DNA of 63,366 nt, filler included, from Octopus bimaculoides (taxonomy: Eukaryota): assembly GCF_001194135.2 (NCBI RefSeq). It is 6 parts of 5 records of this genome, joined end to end, with 100 filler letters (N's around TTAATTAATTAA, not from the genome) between each part and the next. Parts side by side here need not be neighbours in the genome. Positions count along the whole stretch, not along the records: positions 61,449 to 63,366 come from NW_026340036.1; 5 more parts are not named here. One strand, 5' to 3'. Both the position numbers and the translations under genes were made by a program. This document shows positions 63,176 to 63,366 of the stretch, one piece after another. A model generated the notes under the pieces. The model worked only from the letters and a program-made list of their open reading frames with translations, ran no database searches and was not told the origin of the DNA. Every line of letters starts with the position of its first letter. Positions within the stretch are counted from its first letter, which is position 1.

Positions 63176-63366
63176 CTGGAAAAGATGGGGGGGGGGACTG
63201 CTGCGATGCATCTGTGTATGTATGTGTGTTTGCGCAAGTCTATGCGTATGTGTGTGTGTGTGTCCGTACGCATATGTGTATGTGTGTGTGTCTGTGTATG
63301 TAGGTATGTGTATGTTTGTGGTCCCCTGATTGTATATCTGTGTGTGTATGTATGTATATATGCATG

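Overview
AT-rich, microsatellite-laden, gap-riddled eukaryotic (animal) DNA. The recurring tRNA-headed SINE families look like those of Octopus; this is from recall, not a database match. Five identical 100-bp linkers (44 N + TTAATTAATTAA + 44 N) split the window into six pieces: 1-22060, 22161-40439, 40540-53765, 53866-55571, 55672-61348 and 61449-63366. Adjacency across these linkers is not supported by sequence. Most content is decayed transposon: a full-length mariner, a near full-length RTE LINE, a Ty3/Gypsy element with both LTRs, two R4/Dong-like RLE LINE 3' ends in (TAA)n arrays, several Penelope-like element (PLE) fragments, MITEs and many SINEs. No long intact ORF is present, and almost all entries in the supplied ORF track are microsatellite or N artefacts. 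Several short candidate exons exist; the best encodes the stalk, transmembrane helix and tail of a single-pass membrane protein (16110-16411). The standout signal is a pair of apparently intact type I hammerhead ribozymes (41767-41853 minus, 42244-42330 plus) in the arms of a 188-bp inverted repeat. A decayed homologue lies about 300 bp downstream of a PLE GIY-YIG frame at 54 kb, and that PLE also carries a CCA-ended tRNA-like copy.
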